Positions 14,101-26,881 are shown, numbered from the whole stretch's first letter. The stretch is DNA of 63,697 bases, filler included, from Phoronis australis (GCA_002633005.1; 10 parts of 10 records of this genome joined end to end with filler, not necessarily neighbours in it); one strand, 5' to 3'. Made by a program: numbers and translations. The notes: generated by a model not told the origin, from the sequence alone.

Positions 14101-15291
14101 GATAGCCCTATAAGTCTTCAGACTATCAAATTAATTGGAAAACAGCAATATGACAATTATAGGCAAACAGTCCTAATTGAAAAATCCCAAACAATACAGA
14201 CCCCTATTAAGAAAAACAGGTTTGTTGTTTTCAAAACAGCTTGTGGGAAGACAAAAACAGTGACTCAGCAGCGTATGGATGACATCAAAAAAGACTACAG
14301 CTTATTTAGTCAACTTTTAGTCAAGTTCGAGAAGCTAACCTGGATGATTTCTTTAAGCATGAGAATCATCCTTGGCCACCGTCCCTGAGCCAGAACGGCA
14401 GTCTGCGTTTACCTTCACAGAAGTCACAGTTGCTCAACATGTTGGAATTTCCTCATCCAGACGTTCCTGAATCCGTCGATGCTAAAGTCTTTGATGGACC
14501 AGCTATTGTGCATAGCTTTCCTCCAAAAGAATCAGCGACATTCGGTCAGTTCAGTGAAAACTTTGCTAAGTGGGCGAATTCTAACATTCACAACTGCAGG
14601 AGAGTTGATATGGTGTTTGATGCTTACACTGAAGACAGCTTGAAGGCCACTACAAGAGCAGCCAGAGGTTCAGGTGATCGAACCAAAGTTTCACCCCAAA
14701 CCCGACTGCCTCTGAACTTCCAGAATTTCTTGCAAAATTCGAAGAATAAAGAGGAATTGTTCATGCCGTTAGCTGAAGATATCTCGGCAATCGCCTGTCC
14801 TCCAGGAAAATGTATATATGTTACCCACGGTCAGTCTGTTCTTTCCTCTGCTTCTGACATGCCTCCCTGCGATCATGAGGAGGCGGACACCCGTATGTGC
14901 TTGCACATTGCGGACGCTTTGATGAAAGGAAATCAAACAATATTGGTTACTACCGTGGATACTGATGTTGTGGTCATTCTTCTTGGTGTTTTTGATCAGC
15001 TTAAGGCGTTGCAACCAGCAATACAATTATGGGTAGTGGTTAAACCCGGAAAGAACGCACGGGAATTCTTCATCAACGGTACCTTTGACGAGCTTGGGTG
15101 CGATTTGTGTGTAGCTTTACCCATGTTCCATGCCTTAACAGGATCGGACACAACGTCCCAGTTCTATGGAAAGGGGAAGAAAACAGCATGGGAGACTTGG
15201 AAAGCTTATCCTGACGCTACTCAGGCATTCTCGTACCCCGCAATCAATCCCTTTCAGCAACTCACCATCGACAATCTGGAATTCAAAGCAA
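11104..15291 (+). pseudogene. Academ transposase fused to an XPG/FEN-like (PIN-fold, H3TH) nuclease, with one premature stop and one frameshift
   Basis: The three track ORFs are one gene: TAA at 12259-12261 is followed in frame by SRHTKSREPPLPLYVG, and a frameshift near 14315 restores ...SQVREANLDDFFKHENHPWPPSLS. Transposase motifs GAIDNIDH, VDQP, GGLH, HEQNN; nuclease motifs VFDG, VFDAY, HEEADT, VDTDV, TGSDTTS, GKGKKTAW. Confidence 0.85.
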
Positions 15292-15391
15292 NNNNNNNNN
15301 NNNNNNNNNNNNNNNNNNNNNNNNNNNNNNNNNNNTTAATTAATTAANNNNNNNNNNNNNNNNNNNNNNNNNNNNNNNNNNNNNNNNNNNN

Positions 15392-15587
15392 AATGTTGCT
15401 TATCGTTACAAGATCCCACAATGTTGCTTATCGTTACAAGATCCCACAATGTTGCTTATCGTTACAAGATCCCATAATGTTGCTTATCGTTACAAGATCC
15501 CATAATGTTGCTTATTGTTACAAGATCCCATAATGTTGCTTATCGTTACAAGATCCCATAATGTTGCTTATCGTCACAACATCCCAT
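15392..15587. repeat. 28-bp tandem repeat, 7 copies, truncated by contig start
   Basis: Unit AATGTTGCTTATCGTTACAAGATCCCA(C/T). Confidence 0.95.
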
Positions 15588-17170
15588 TTTCAGATTCTGT
15601 AATGGTAAGGAATACTATAAGACCAATTTCATCAGGGTAAAACACCCAATTCGGTTTTCGTTTTTAAGCTTGAGCTCAATGGGGCAAAATGGGGCTTTAT
15701 GGATATATAGGACCCCAGAAATATGTTAACTTTGGAACATCATATCTCAAAAATGGCAAATGGGATTCAAATGAAACTGAGATATTGTTGTGAACTGTTC
15801 TCCAAAATACTGTTAAAAGTTTTAAAAATAGCTAACAGGCTCTCTACTTATAGAAAATATACTTTTACATCGTTACTTTTGTTGATATTTGATTAAAAAA
15901 TCCTGCATAACATTAAATTAGATTTTGATTACTCCAACCATGATTATTGCCTGTTTTTCATTGTGGTAGCTACCAAGACAAGAATAAGTGTATATTGCGA
16001 GTAAGAGCACAGCCACCTTTGATATCAAAATACTAAAGTTATTCCAGTCTGCCTTAAATGTCCTTTCCAACACATCACAATTTAATGATTAATCAATGCA
16101 GGTGGTTTGAAGTCTGAAGACGCTATTTCATTAAAACGTGGCAATAGTTTGTCACCAAGAAATTTACATTGGACTATAATACCCCCTGGGGATACTCTGT
16201 GAATTAAGCTTCATAAGAGTAAATTTACTTTTAGTCATGCTGACATGCACAAAAGGCTACTAGTACCAAACCAAACAGAACCTAAAACCAATAACTGTTT
16301 AAACTTGTATGAATTCAATAACAACATCCAACGATATGGTGTTGCTGTTATAATTTTGTCAAATCACAGACAGTGTAGCTGTTGTGCTTGAACTTGGAAA
16401 TTTTGCTTGAACTTGGAACTTTGTTTGACCTTAATAACCTGGTAAGTTCACTCAAATCAACATTCTCAAATTTATAAAAATATGCACTGCACTAAATCAA
16501 ATTCCATGACGATAAAATAATGTAAATTTTAACCAACCTTTGGGTTTTTTCAACTTCTAGCATCTTATTAAACAAACAATAAGTTGCATAAAACAAAAAC
16601 AAAATTAAAATTTTAGAAAACTACAGAACACCGTTTTTGAGATCATCTATTGAAATTTTTCTCAAATTAATAAGATTTGATCATTTTATTGATAATGTTG
16701 TTTTGCTATCAATGTGCCTTCCTTTTTCGATTAATTTTACTAACAATGTGTAAATATGTAGGCACATAAAATGTCTTCACACAACCCACTGAATGGCAGG
16801 ATAGTAAAAAGTCAAAAAAAAATATTTCTACAGGCTAAAATGTACATTAATGTAGATATTTGTCTAACTACATACACTTGTAAACAACGCTCTGCAATGC
16901 ACCAATGGACTTGCGTTGATGTTCGACTTCACTTGGAAGAGTAAATAAAATATCATAAAATAAAACTTCATTTGCCTGCCATATTGTGTACTAAATTTCT
17001 AAGATTTCACTGTAATCCGCTATTCTGAGGTTGTTTAAATGAGAAAAGTACTCTTCACCAATACACCAAATCACATCATGAGACATACCCTCCCATTCCA
17101 TATATACCAAACGTTTTATTGTTGAAGTGGTGCTCAATAGCATGCTTTGTACATCTAACAATGTCTCATT

Positions 17171-17506
17171 TAAACCTAGACTGTAACCTAAGCATCATAC
17201 ACATCTTCCCTACACTGGGTTACATATAAACCTAGACTGTAACCTAAGCACCATACACATCTTCCCTAGACTGGGTTACATTTAAACCTAGACTGTAACC
17301 TAAGCATCATACACATCTTCCCTAGACTGGGTTACATATAAACCTAGACTGCAACCTAAGCACCATACACATCTTCCCTAGACTGGGTTACATATAAACC
17401 TAGACTGCAACCTAAGCACCATACACATCTTCCCTAGACTGGGTTACATATAAACCTAGACTGTAACCTAAGCACCATACACATCTTCCCTAGACTGGGT
17501 TACATA
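17171..17506. repeat. 56-bp minisatellite, 6 copies
   Basis: Unit TAAACCTAGACTGTAACCTAAGCACCATACACATCTTCCCTAGACTGGGTTACATA starting at 17171, 17227, 17283, 17339, 17395 and 17451. Confidence 0.95.
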
Positions 17507-19590
17507 CAAGTTACAATCTAGATAGAAACTATGATGTCAGGGGTAGTTGCTAAGGTTACCATAGTTGAACAATGTTGTTGATGTCTGTGAAATCAAAGTC
17601 ATCCACAGTGAAAAAAATTTGAATCTTTATAGAACCCTGCCACATCGTGATCAATATTAAATTTTTGCTTTTTGCCATTGCTGCTGTTGAAATAACCCAG
17701 ATACAAAAAATGCCTAATTCATTAGTAACGACATTCTTCAGTATCACGCGCACGCACAATAGCTACATTAGTCGAGAAAAGAATAACAACAGGTTAATTC
17801 CCAAGAGGAAAAAGTAATGTACATGATACAATTGGCTAATTGTTTGTGCTTGAATATAAACGGTTTAGGCCAACAGGTTCGCCTGACCATTATTGGGGGT
17901 CACTTAGTGCATTCTTGAACATTTTATAACCAAAGTTGCATAGCAAGCAGGAATCATCTCTGAATAAGAGGCAAGAAAAATGTTATCAATTGTCTGGTCA
18001 TCCCTTTCCTCTTATCGTCATCCAAACTGTCATGAAAGATTGTCAAAACACCAAAATCCTCTTCTGGTGGGGGATACCAGCTGTTGTTGTCACCAACCCA
18101 TACCACTCATGTTAAAACACACAGAGACCAGGTCACTAGCGCTAAACATTGTTTGTGGAAGGAGTACATGAATCGAGAATGGGCTTTATGTTGTGACACG
18201 GATTTTCGTGCAACCTAATTTTTTCAGCGTGTGGCACCAGTTGGTTTCCACCTTGAAATCAAAACTTCAATTTTTGACCCTGACATCGTGCAAACATTCT
18301 TGTTTGATTTTGTTGAAATTTTGTTGAAACAAGATTAACGGAGTCTACTAAATTTCATTAGCGGTTACTTGACGAACACCATTATCTGGATCTCAGATCA
18401 ACTTTCCAGTGAGCTTTAATCAGATACTATTGTACTCTCTTCAGGTGTGGTGAATGAGGCAAATAATTGCCATAGCAACCGACCAACAGGAAATCAACAC
18501 AGCTAGTAATAAACGCCTACAGGGATATGCATCTAGGTTAGTGATGAAAAAGATGAAAGACAGACTACCCAAAGTTAGAAAGGAAAGCTACAACATTTAC
18601 ATGGAGACATCATTCGTTTGGTTTAGTTTAGCTTACTTGTGTTGAGTTAATAAACCTCTACACAGGTTAAAACTTTTGGGAGATTAGCTCACTTTTGGCA
18701 CTAGGTGAATACATTTACTTCAGGACTTAGCATGAAAAATTCACATAGTATAAACACACGTTCATGGCTTGCGTAATTAATGCCCACGTTAGAATTTTTG
18801 TCTGCCATGAACACTGCACAGCACACTTACGCAATTTAGGAGTAACAGTCAATTCTAGGGGCTGGGGTTAAATGTATACAATCTCCCACAGGAGACACCA
18901 AGCAATTGCAAGTTATTTTGAAATACATTTTAATGCTGTGTTATTTACAATTTACCAAAACAATTATATTGCACATGCTGGGTATAGCCCCTTCTATTGT
19001 GAATAAAAACATGCATCATGTTACGAAGTACTGGCCTTAGCCTAGCAGGTATCTCCTTCCAGGTAAAAATACAAATATCACTCAAGTTAGACTTTGTGTT
19101 TTCCTATCCTAATTTTCTGTTTTCTATATTTAAAAATCAGCTACAAAGAGGCCAAGGGGGAATACTCTTGTATGAAGGCAGTGCAAGAATAATTTTAGGA
19201 GTGTGCCTGCAGTGTGACACACTTAGGTCTGGGACAATGGAGCCCATTAAAGTGGTAGGTTTAAAGCTATTTAGTGGTAGTTATATGTATACACACCTGT
19301 TGACTGTTAACAAAGTTTGCTTGTGAACCATATTTCTTTTTATTTCATCCCCCATATTCGTCTATAATTCGTTTAAAAAAACGCTCCCACTTAGCCACAA
19401 AATTTTGAGAACACAAAATTTTCAACTTTGGCTATCTTCGGAAAAATGTCACGACAGGGAGTAGACCAGATCATTGCCGAGTCTGTCAATAGTGTCCCTT
19501 ACTGTGTGCCAAGAGTAGTACTTTTGTTTGTTTTTTTCGAAATTATACCGATTTTTAGATTAAAGTGGAGTGAATATTTGAAGAAGAATG

Positions 19591-19770
19591 ATGCCGGGCT
19601 GTTGTGTAGTTGGAGGCTGTAATAATACGCCACGGGCTGGGGTGTCTATGCACAAGTTTCCCACTGATCCAAGACTGTGTCACAAGTGAGAAGACTGTGA
19701 AGTCCACAAATGGAGCGTCACCGTAATCGGCAGTATGTAGCGAACATATTTCTATGGACTGCTTCCAGGA
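19591..19770 (+). pseudogene. Degenerate THAP zinc-finger (transposon remnant)
   Basis: MPGCCVVGGCNNTPRAGVSMHKFPTDPRLCHK* then SAVCSEH...DCF after a disruption. Confidence 0.7.
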
Positions 19771-20832
19771 TGACAGCCAGCGATTCGAGTATAGTTGTAA
19801 ACCAGGATAACTGAACTTTTAGAGGGTATTCAAAATGGTACATGCCATCACTTTGCGGAAGCTGGTAGGCCTTGGGCTAGTATTGAACCTAACATTCAAA
19901 ATGGCGAATAGCATCGACGGACAGTAGGACAGGATTAGTGCTAGAAGTAGCCAGTAGATTGCTTTTCTTTTGATTTATGATTTTTGCAACATAAGTGTTT
20001 ATAAGTGGATGTGCTGAATTGCTTGATGCTCGTTTCCTGTCATTGCAATCCGTTGAATTTTAGCCTAGTCGATCGCTAGCTGGACTGAATGAACAGTAAG
20101 AGTGGGGCAGTCAAACCAAATTTTTTTTCGATTTGCAAAAATACTTCAATATAATCTGAAAGATAATGCATCACAATCAATAAAAACTGAAAATTATCAA
20201 AATCAGGTTACGCAGTGCAAAGTTACTGCAATTTTTGTAGCGAAATTTGGGTCATTAGTTAGGATTGGGTCGGCCATCTTGGATGACAGCGGCATAAGTT
20301 ACGAGTTTAAAACCGTGTATACATTATTTTCGCAAATAATTTACGGTGAAACTTATGAGAAATATCCATACCTACTATTCTGACTGATTCAACAGTTTTC
20401 ACCACCTTTTAGCCATGCAGGTGTTACTTATTGTGTGATAAAAGTGCTTGCAATTCCTGTTGGACTTGGTCTCATTTCTGGCGGCACTGACAACATGGCG
20501 ACTTACGCTGAACAGAAAGCCAAATTCAATCGGCTATTTTGTACTTGGAGAAGATTTAACTTTGATACATTTTGATAAAAGCTGCTATACAAATGCAACT
20601 ATGCACAATGTTTATGTTTCTGTGCACAAAATATGAAATTATTGTAGTGTGAATATCCCATTCAGTTTGGTTTGAAATCGTTTTTTCTTTAAAAGTCAAC
20701 TGCGCTTCAAGGTTTGATTATGTGTCCCAACATAATTCATATTTTTTAAGTTTTACATATAAATTGTTCTTTTAATACATGCTTGTAACTTGTTGCTTCC
20801 TTAAAGGAGAATGCCACCCAAAAAACAACCTA

Positions 20833-23639
20833 CCGTAATCGTTCCGGTTAACGCCCTGGGCGGTTAAATTGGCGAATCCAAAAAATCGGGGGAGGGCGGT
20901 TAACCGAGCAGTGGGCGGTTAAATCAAAAATCCACCTAAAGTAGGGGATGGGCGGTTAACCGAACATGGGCGCTTATTACGACAGACAACAGCCCTGGGC
21001 GGTTAATCTTACCTGGCGATCTAAATCCCGACACGACAATCATACTCGGAACGCGTAGCCCTTTTCAAAGAGCTTTATCGTCACGTCGCCAAATGACTGT
21101 GAAAACATCATAACAGCGGATGATCCCAACAAAGGTTCTCTTGCCCTCAGATTAGTCATTCACTATTAAATTTACAAAATTGCTGAGTAATAGCCCCGTG
21201 CCGTCCTGCGGAGCGCAGACGACCAGTGATCACGCAGCCTCCACTAGAATAAAACTGTTTCAAGATGTGACACTGCTTAAGTGCGCGTGTGCAAGCTTCA
21301 CGTGTTGCAGAGGTCAGACATCAAATTTATGGTTCAGGGCTTGGAATGACCAATGACAAATAACTTCTACGGCCCAAATCATGCCCGATAACCAGCCTTT
21401 GAAATGGTCCGCGACAAAAATCGGGACTAAAAAAAAAAAAANTTGTCGCCACGCTTAACAATAACACGAACCGCCATTGAAAATCACACCACGCTTTACC
21501 CAGATGCCTCGGCAATGTTGGCAATTTACGTTCCTCCGAAACATAAAGACTTCCGCTTTCCGAGGTGAACGTCGTCTGCAACGCCGCGGTAAGAAAGGCA
21601 TTTGCCGCGGAAATTTTATATCAAATCCGATTTTTTTACCCGGAAATATTATAAAAAAGCGGAAAGCACATTTCAAAAAAGCAGAACCCGCGTTTCCGCG
21701 GAAAATTCCAAGCCCTGATGGTTACAGTCTCGTACTATATGTAGGTGTCAAGTTCTGAGTCAGAGAGCAGTTTTAAAATTGGTTGTAATAAAAGTTTGAA
21801 AAACTTAACTCTGCTGTTTTTTGTTTTTGGGATGTTATAGTCGACACTCCGTAACTCAATGACATTTTCAGTGTATGGTTCTGCAGCTAGCTGTCTTTAT
21901 CGATCGACAGCCCGGCATTGCTCTCTTGCCGTTGCGCCAAACATGCTATGCAAAGAAGTAAGACAAGGATCGGGGGTGGTCGAGCCAGTCGTCGATCAAG
22001 AATAAAATTTCAAGCACCTGCATAAGTATGTTACAAAATGTCAGAAAACAGCAATGTTTCAATTCATTATTCTTAAACGATCACCTTACCAAACTTCATG
22101 GTGGAAAAACATTTATTTTTCATGCAAGATGTCCAGATTATTCTATTTATATCACTTGTAATATCGCACTGCGGCACTGTTCGGTTCCGCTGTTATCGGG
22201 CAATGTCTCAGTCAGCTGACAATCGTGACTTGGAAATGCCGTCAAGTAATATAACGGCCTCTTTCAATATGCATCTCGTTTTTTATGGCCAATGACAGTG
22301 GCGGTATTCAGCACACACGTAAGGCCAACTTGTGAGTCACCTGTCAATCACATGTTGGTGTCAAGGTAACATGCACTCCAAAGTGTGGGAACTTTTGCAT
22401 GTGCACCACTATAAATCAGTCACACATAGCGACAGTCCGATGTAACAAAAAACGGGCTTTGTACTTTTAAGCTGTTGTTACGAAAGACCCAGTTCTTTAC
22501 AATATTTCTCCGTTGCCAATGTTCCCCAAAACTGCGATGTCAAATATTCCCATATTTCCCGGCTCGATGCTCCCTAGCTAAGCCCATCCCTGTAACTAGC
22601 TGCGTGAATCTCCTACCCACTATCGTCAAGCAGTCTACGTCGTAGATATTTCAGACTCGAATGGTAAGAATTTTTGTTCAGGCTGAAAATGGCCAATGTA
22701 TAAACAAAATTATTCTGGATGGCTAAAAAGGGGATGTGGAAACGACAATTCACAGTCACGCTTACGTTGGGGCTGACACAAAAAATAGTAAAGAACAGCC
22801 AGCGACATTAGTTAAATCTGCTAACCAGTTTGACTGAGATGCAATAAGCGAAAAACAAAATTTGACTAGCCGTTTTTTATTACTTCAAGATCATACACAA
22901 ACATACATTATTGCCAACGTTTGAATTCAGAAATCGACAGGCAGCAACGAATCAGTAACCCAGTAAGGCACTTGTACTGTCCCTTCGGTCGCCCCACATC
23001 CTCTATAACCCGGCAGTTATATTCATCAAAATATTGAGAATTTGATATCTTTCCGTAAGTTGTGAGATTTGTTCAAAATACGAGAGCTTCCCACCTTAAT
23101 AGAATTTGGAGGGTTGGCAAAACCATTGTCACATTTCTCTGGCCTGATTTTTTCGAATGTATGTTTTAGCTAGTGTACTGCAGAAACTCAGTGCGGCAGA
23201 CAAAGTCGCTGAAAGCGGAGGTTTTGACGCCAGCGGCGTTCTTAAACTTTGCAAACAAGGGAAGAAAATAAAGTGACAAAAAGGTTCAAGTATTATATTT
23301 TGAAGTGAGTTCATGACCTAAGACAATAACTCGTTACCCTGTATTGTAATTCAGATTGCTAAACCACCGTCTCGGAGTCCCGGCGTCGTTGCACTCATTG
23401 TGATCATCGATCTTTTTCTAAAAGTCGGGGAATCGCGCGTTTCCTTAGCACTAGGCGCTAAATCTTCAATCGTCAAAAGTCGGGGATGGGCGCTTAACCG
23501 AGAGGTGGGCGCTTAACTGGAAATCTTCAAAAATCGCAGGAGGGCGCTTAACCGAGCAGTGGGCGGTTAAATCGAAAATCCACTTAAAGTCGGGGATGGG
23601 CGGTTAACTGAGCATGGGCGTTAACCCGAACGATTACGG
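20833..23639. mobile_element. Tc2/pogo-like (Tc1/mariner) non-autonomous element nested in the Kolobok-like element
   Basis: TIR CCGTAATCGTTC(C/G)GGTTAACGCCC at both ends, TA TSD (20831-32 and 23640-41), repeated subterminal GGGCG(G/C)TTAA boxes at both ends. Confidence 0.8.
21335..21717 (+). mobile_element. hAT-like MITE with 6-bp TSD (ATGGTT)
   Basis: 13-bp TIR CAGGGCTTGGAAT/ATTCCAAGCCCTG; ATGGTT on both sides. Confidence 0.8.
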
Positions 23640-24817
23640 TATTTTGTATCAATTTTGATCGAGTAGTTCTACTTGATAACGGCAGGTTCGGTTACGTTAC
23701 CCGACACCTGACGGCAGACGGAGGTGTTGAAATTATGGTTTCACACGCAGTCTGTTCAGCAGTTCACAACACGGGTTAGTGGTGTCAGCTTATCGCTTGA
23801 AGTCATCGTTTAACACCAATAGATCATCAAACTTCGATGTAAAACCCTTAAAAATACACCGATTTCTTATAAAAACGTGTTGTTTTATTTCGCTGTTACG
23901 GATTTATTGGTAATTGGACATACCGTAATAAACCTGCAAAGTTCGGCAGGCCTATTTACCAAGGTCCGTAGCAGGAGTTTGGGGTCTTTTTGGAGATAAA
24001 TTCGAAGTATTCTTCCATGAAATACAGACAAAAGAACCTAGATCTAGACTTGTAATTTTTTGAGTTCTTAACACATAAAACGCTTGTTATCCCGGCCAGT
24101 GGCTCGGAACCCGATCAGGCCCGGTGCGGCCGGATTAACTCGTTATCCTGGCCAGTGGCTCCGAACCCGATCAGGCCCGTCGCGGCCGCCGGGACTGGCA
24201 TGAACACAACCAGCTCGAGTTGGAAACTAAACCTCCAGTCACCAAAAGACTATAATAGTGAGCCAAAGAAATAATGTGCATGTAATTATTTATGTGAATT
24301 AGCCACGAAACTGAAAATCTACTTGCTTGTCGGGGGCCCGTGAAGTCAGGTTCCCCTTCCACAGACCGTCAGGGCAAAGGTTGTACATTAACAATGATTT
24401 GAATAATGTATTTGTATTTCTAAATAAAGATGCCCCTAACATGTGGCCATACCATATAAAATAGAGTAATTGTTTCACAACAACTTTCTGTCAGCAAACA
24501 CTGAATTAGCATGCGCTCACACGGCCTCGGTTCCCGGTCAATTACCTATTGCCGGCATCAAAAGCCAGTAACGCAGTGGTTTACTCATTACTGGCTTCTC
24601 AAAATTAGCACTCACGAATACTGCAAAGTGATTACAAATTGAATCTAATGAGAACGCAGAGTACATGGCAACTGCCCAACGCCAAGCCCGACTTAAGTCA
24701 AGAGCTCATCCGACGAAGACTTCACGGGTCGGATCGTTAGGTTTTACAGGCTATCAGTTCAAACTCGAACAGGTACACTGATCAAGAAATACTAGAGAGT
24801 CACTGTGAACATGCACA

Positions 24818-25066
24818 GACAACGGAAGGTACTGATAGTTCTTTGGTAAGCCGGAATTCGTCAGAGAAATCACTGTCGACGAAATGCCGGCCACAGACAC
24901 GGAGATGTTTCACGGCCTCATACTTGCTATTAACAGAATACCTTTCATTCTTCACTACTGCGAGCCACTTCCTAAGCCTTTCGGGCTCTCAAGGTAGTCG
25001 AAAAAACGATATGCCCACTTTCTTCGCAACTTCATAGTTCGGACAAGCGGGAACGATGCACCGCAA
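24818..25066 (-). pseudogene. THAP domain remnant inside the Kolobok-like element
   Basis: LRCIVPACPNYEVAKKVGISFFRLP*EPERLRKWLAVV...RVCGRHFVDSDF...SVPSV; C2CH ligands plus the P, W, F and VPS hallmarks; one TGA. Confidence 0.8.
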
Positions 25067-25939
25067 TATAGCGGCATTAACTCTGCAAACAAACCACTGA
25101 CGTCGCTGCGTCGTTTCTCACCTTCTTCAAAGGTTAACGCGACACCTCTCGGTAAGGTGAGGTCGACCGTGTAAGAGGCCATGTGGATATAGACCGATTA
25201 AGATGGTAAAAAAGACTAATAAAATCGGGTGGCATTCTCCTTTTATTCAAGTTATCACAACAAAATGTAGACACTTTATGAGTAATAGGCTAAGTTGGAT
25301 TGTAAAGCTTCCAGCCTCCAATCCTTGTTCCTTACAATTTCTTATTTTTCTAATTTTGCTCGTCAAATTCTAGTAGAAGGAAACACCTGGTCACCATGGT
25401 AATAGTTAGGCATGTCCACTTTCATATCGTAAACTTGTCATGTTGTTGAATAACGTTTGTAATGCTTAAATGTTCTAAAGTACTGTGCATTCTAAGTTAC
25501 TTATTTTGGTAAAAGATTAGATTATTTTGGCTTACATATAAACTTTACAATACTGAGATTATTTCAGTTTTGACTTATGTACAGTAAATGAAACGATCAA
25601 CTACCTTGAAAGTCTTTCATTTAATTTGAACTGGGGAGTACCTAAATGATTAAATCATAATCACCTTCTGATCTGTTCTATTATTTTTCAGTACAAGAAT
25701 AAAAAAATGACTAATACCTCTGGATGCAATGCCTTCTAAAGCAGAAACAAACATGGCTCAGAAATTTTGAAACATTGAACTACACTACCTAAGAACACAT
25801 GTTACACAGGACAGACAGATCACTATGTACAATAGCGGATTTGCAGCGACGCCATATTGAAATTAGGTTAAAATGGTGCATTGTGGGTGCTGTGGTCAGG
25901 ATTCAGAAAGCGGCCATAGTAACAAGCATAATACGCGGT

Positions 25940-26014
25940 ATGAGCGCGAAGAAAACTTACGGCGGATACATTTCTTGTAATCCTGGCTGCTTCAAAAACA
26001 ACAAGAGAGATAAA
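25940..26014 (+). pseudogene. Start of a third THAP-like domain, cut by contig end
   Basis: MSAKKTYGGYISCNPGCFKNNKRDK resembles the THAP N-terminus C-x-V-P-G-C-x-N-N. Confidence 0.45.
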
Positions 26015-26881
26015 NNNNNNNNNNNNNNNNNNNNNNNNNNNNNNNNNNNNNNNNNNNNTTAATTAATTAANNNNNNNNNNNNNNNNNNNNNNNNNNNNNN
26101 NNNNNNNNNNNNNNTCGCAAGCTAATTATATGTTCCAAGAGCCCCCTATTGGCAGCAGAGGCAACTGAGAACATGCAAAAGGACGAAGTGCAGTTCGTAT
26201 AATGCTTCGTACGCAAAAACTAGATTAGAGGCAAGATTTTTTATTTTAGATTATGAACAGGTTAGGAATGACTTAACAAATTATTATAAAGTCAATTTCA
26301 GGAAAGGTGCGTTATGGCTGCTACAGAGTGCCAAATGTGGCCGAAAATGGCTTCAGTGAAAACCTGAAAAATAGCCGTTTTTGCCTCACAAATTCAAAAC
26401 GTATCAATTTAAAAATGGATTTTGAAAGTTATGCCATTAAACTATTCAGCCATTGCCCTTTCAATTCGTATTATTCATTTGTTTTGACCGTATCATACAT
26501 GCCAGTAAAATGCATTCAAACATGCCTACTTCGACGCCCAATTTTGTTGCAAAATTGAGGTACAGGTCATAAAAAGAAAAATAATGAATGAAAATTCTTA
26601 AAAAGTGAGGTTTTTCTACTTCTCAACAAACCAAACTCATGAGCTAAGTTTCAAAAAAATCGGTGATTTTGGGTATAGACTCTACCTGTTGGTTTTTATA
26701 TGGAGTCACTCTTAATAGCTGCGTGCTTGATGCCCGAGGAAAATTAAGTGATACCTGCGTGCTGGCTACCACCTAGCGACATGCAGGGAACCAGAGAGTC
26801 TGACACTAGCGCCCCCTGTTTTTCAGGCTCACTAACCTAATATTAGCACCACCTTGATTACATTTCTCACTAACCTCATAC

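Larger units (their letters stand above)
8952..15291 (+). mobile_element. Academ (AcademX-type) DNA transposon, left part; right end lost at contig break
   Basis: Candidate left terminus TAGTCCGGTCCCTTAGCAGC with AAGGTCAA subterminal repeats, followed by a ~1400-codon transposase-XPG coding region; left boundary inferred from the TAG terminus only. Confidence 0.75.
20805..25241 (-). mobile_element. Kolobok-like non-autonomous DNA transposon carrying a THAP remnant
   Basis: Perfect 15-bp TIR AGGAGAATGCCACCC (20805-20819) / GGGTGGCATTCTCCT (25227-25241); flanked by TTAA on the left and TTTA on the right. Confidence 0.75.

Noticed and set aside
13970-14220. Internal 42-aa protein repeat
   Set aside because: The duplication is centred on a single N, like the other overlap artefacts
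11104-15347. Three-gene operon-like cluster
   Set aside because: One gene split by an in-frame stop and a frameshift; motifs continue across the breaks
15392-17506. Regular repeats as CRISPR arrays
   Set aside because: Head-to-tail units with no unique spacers, no cas genes, and a eukaryotic context
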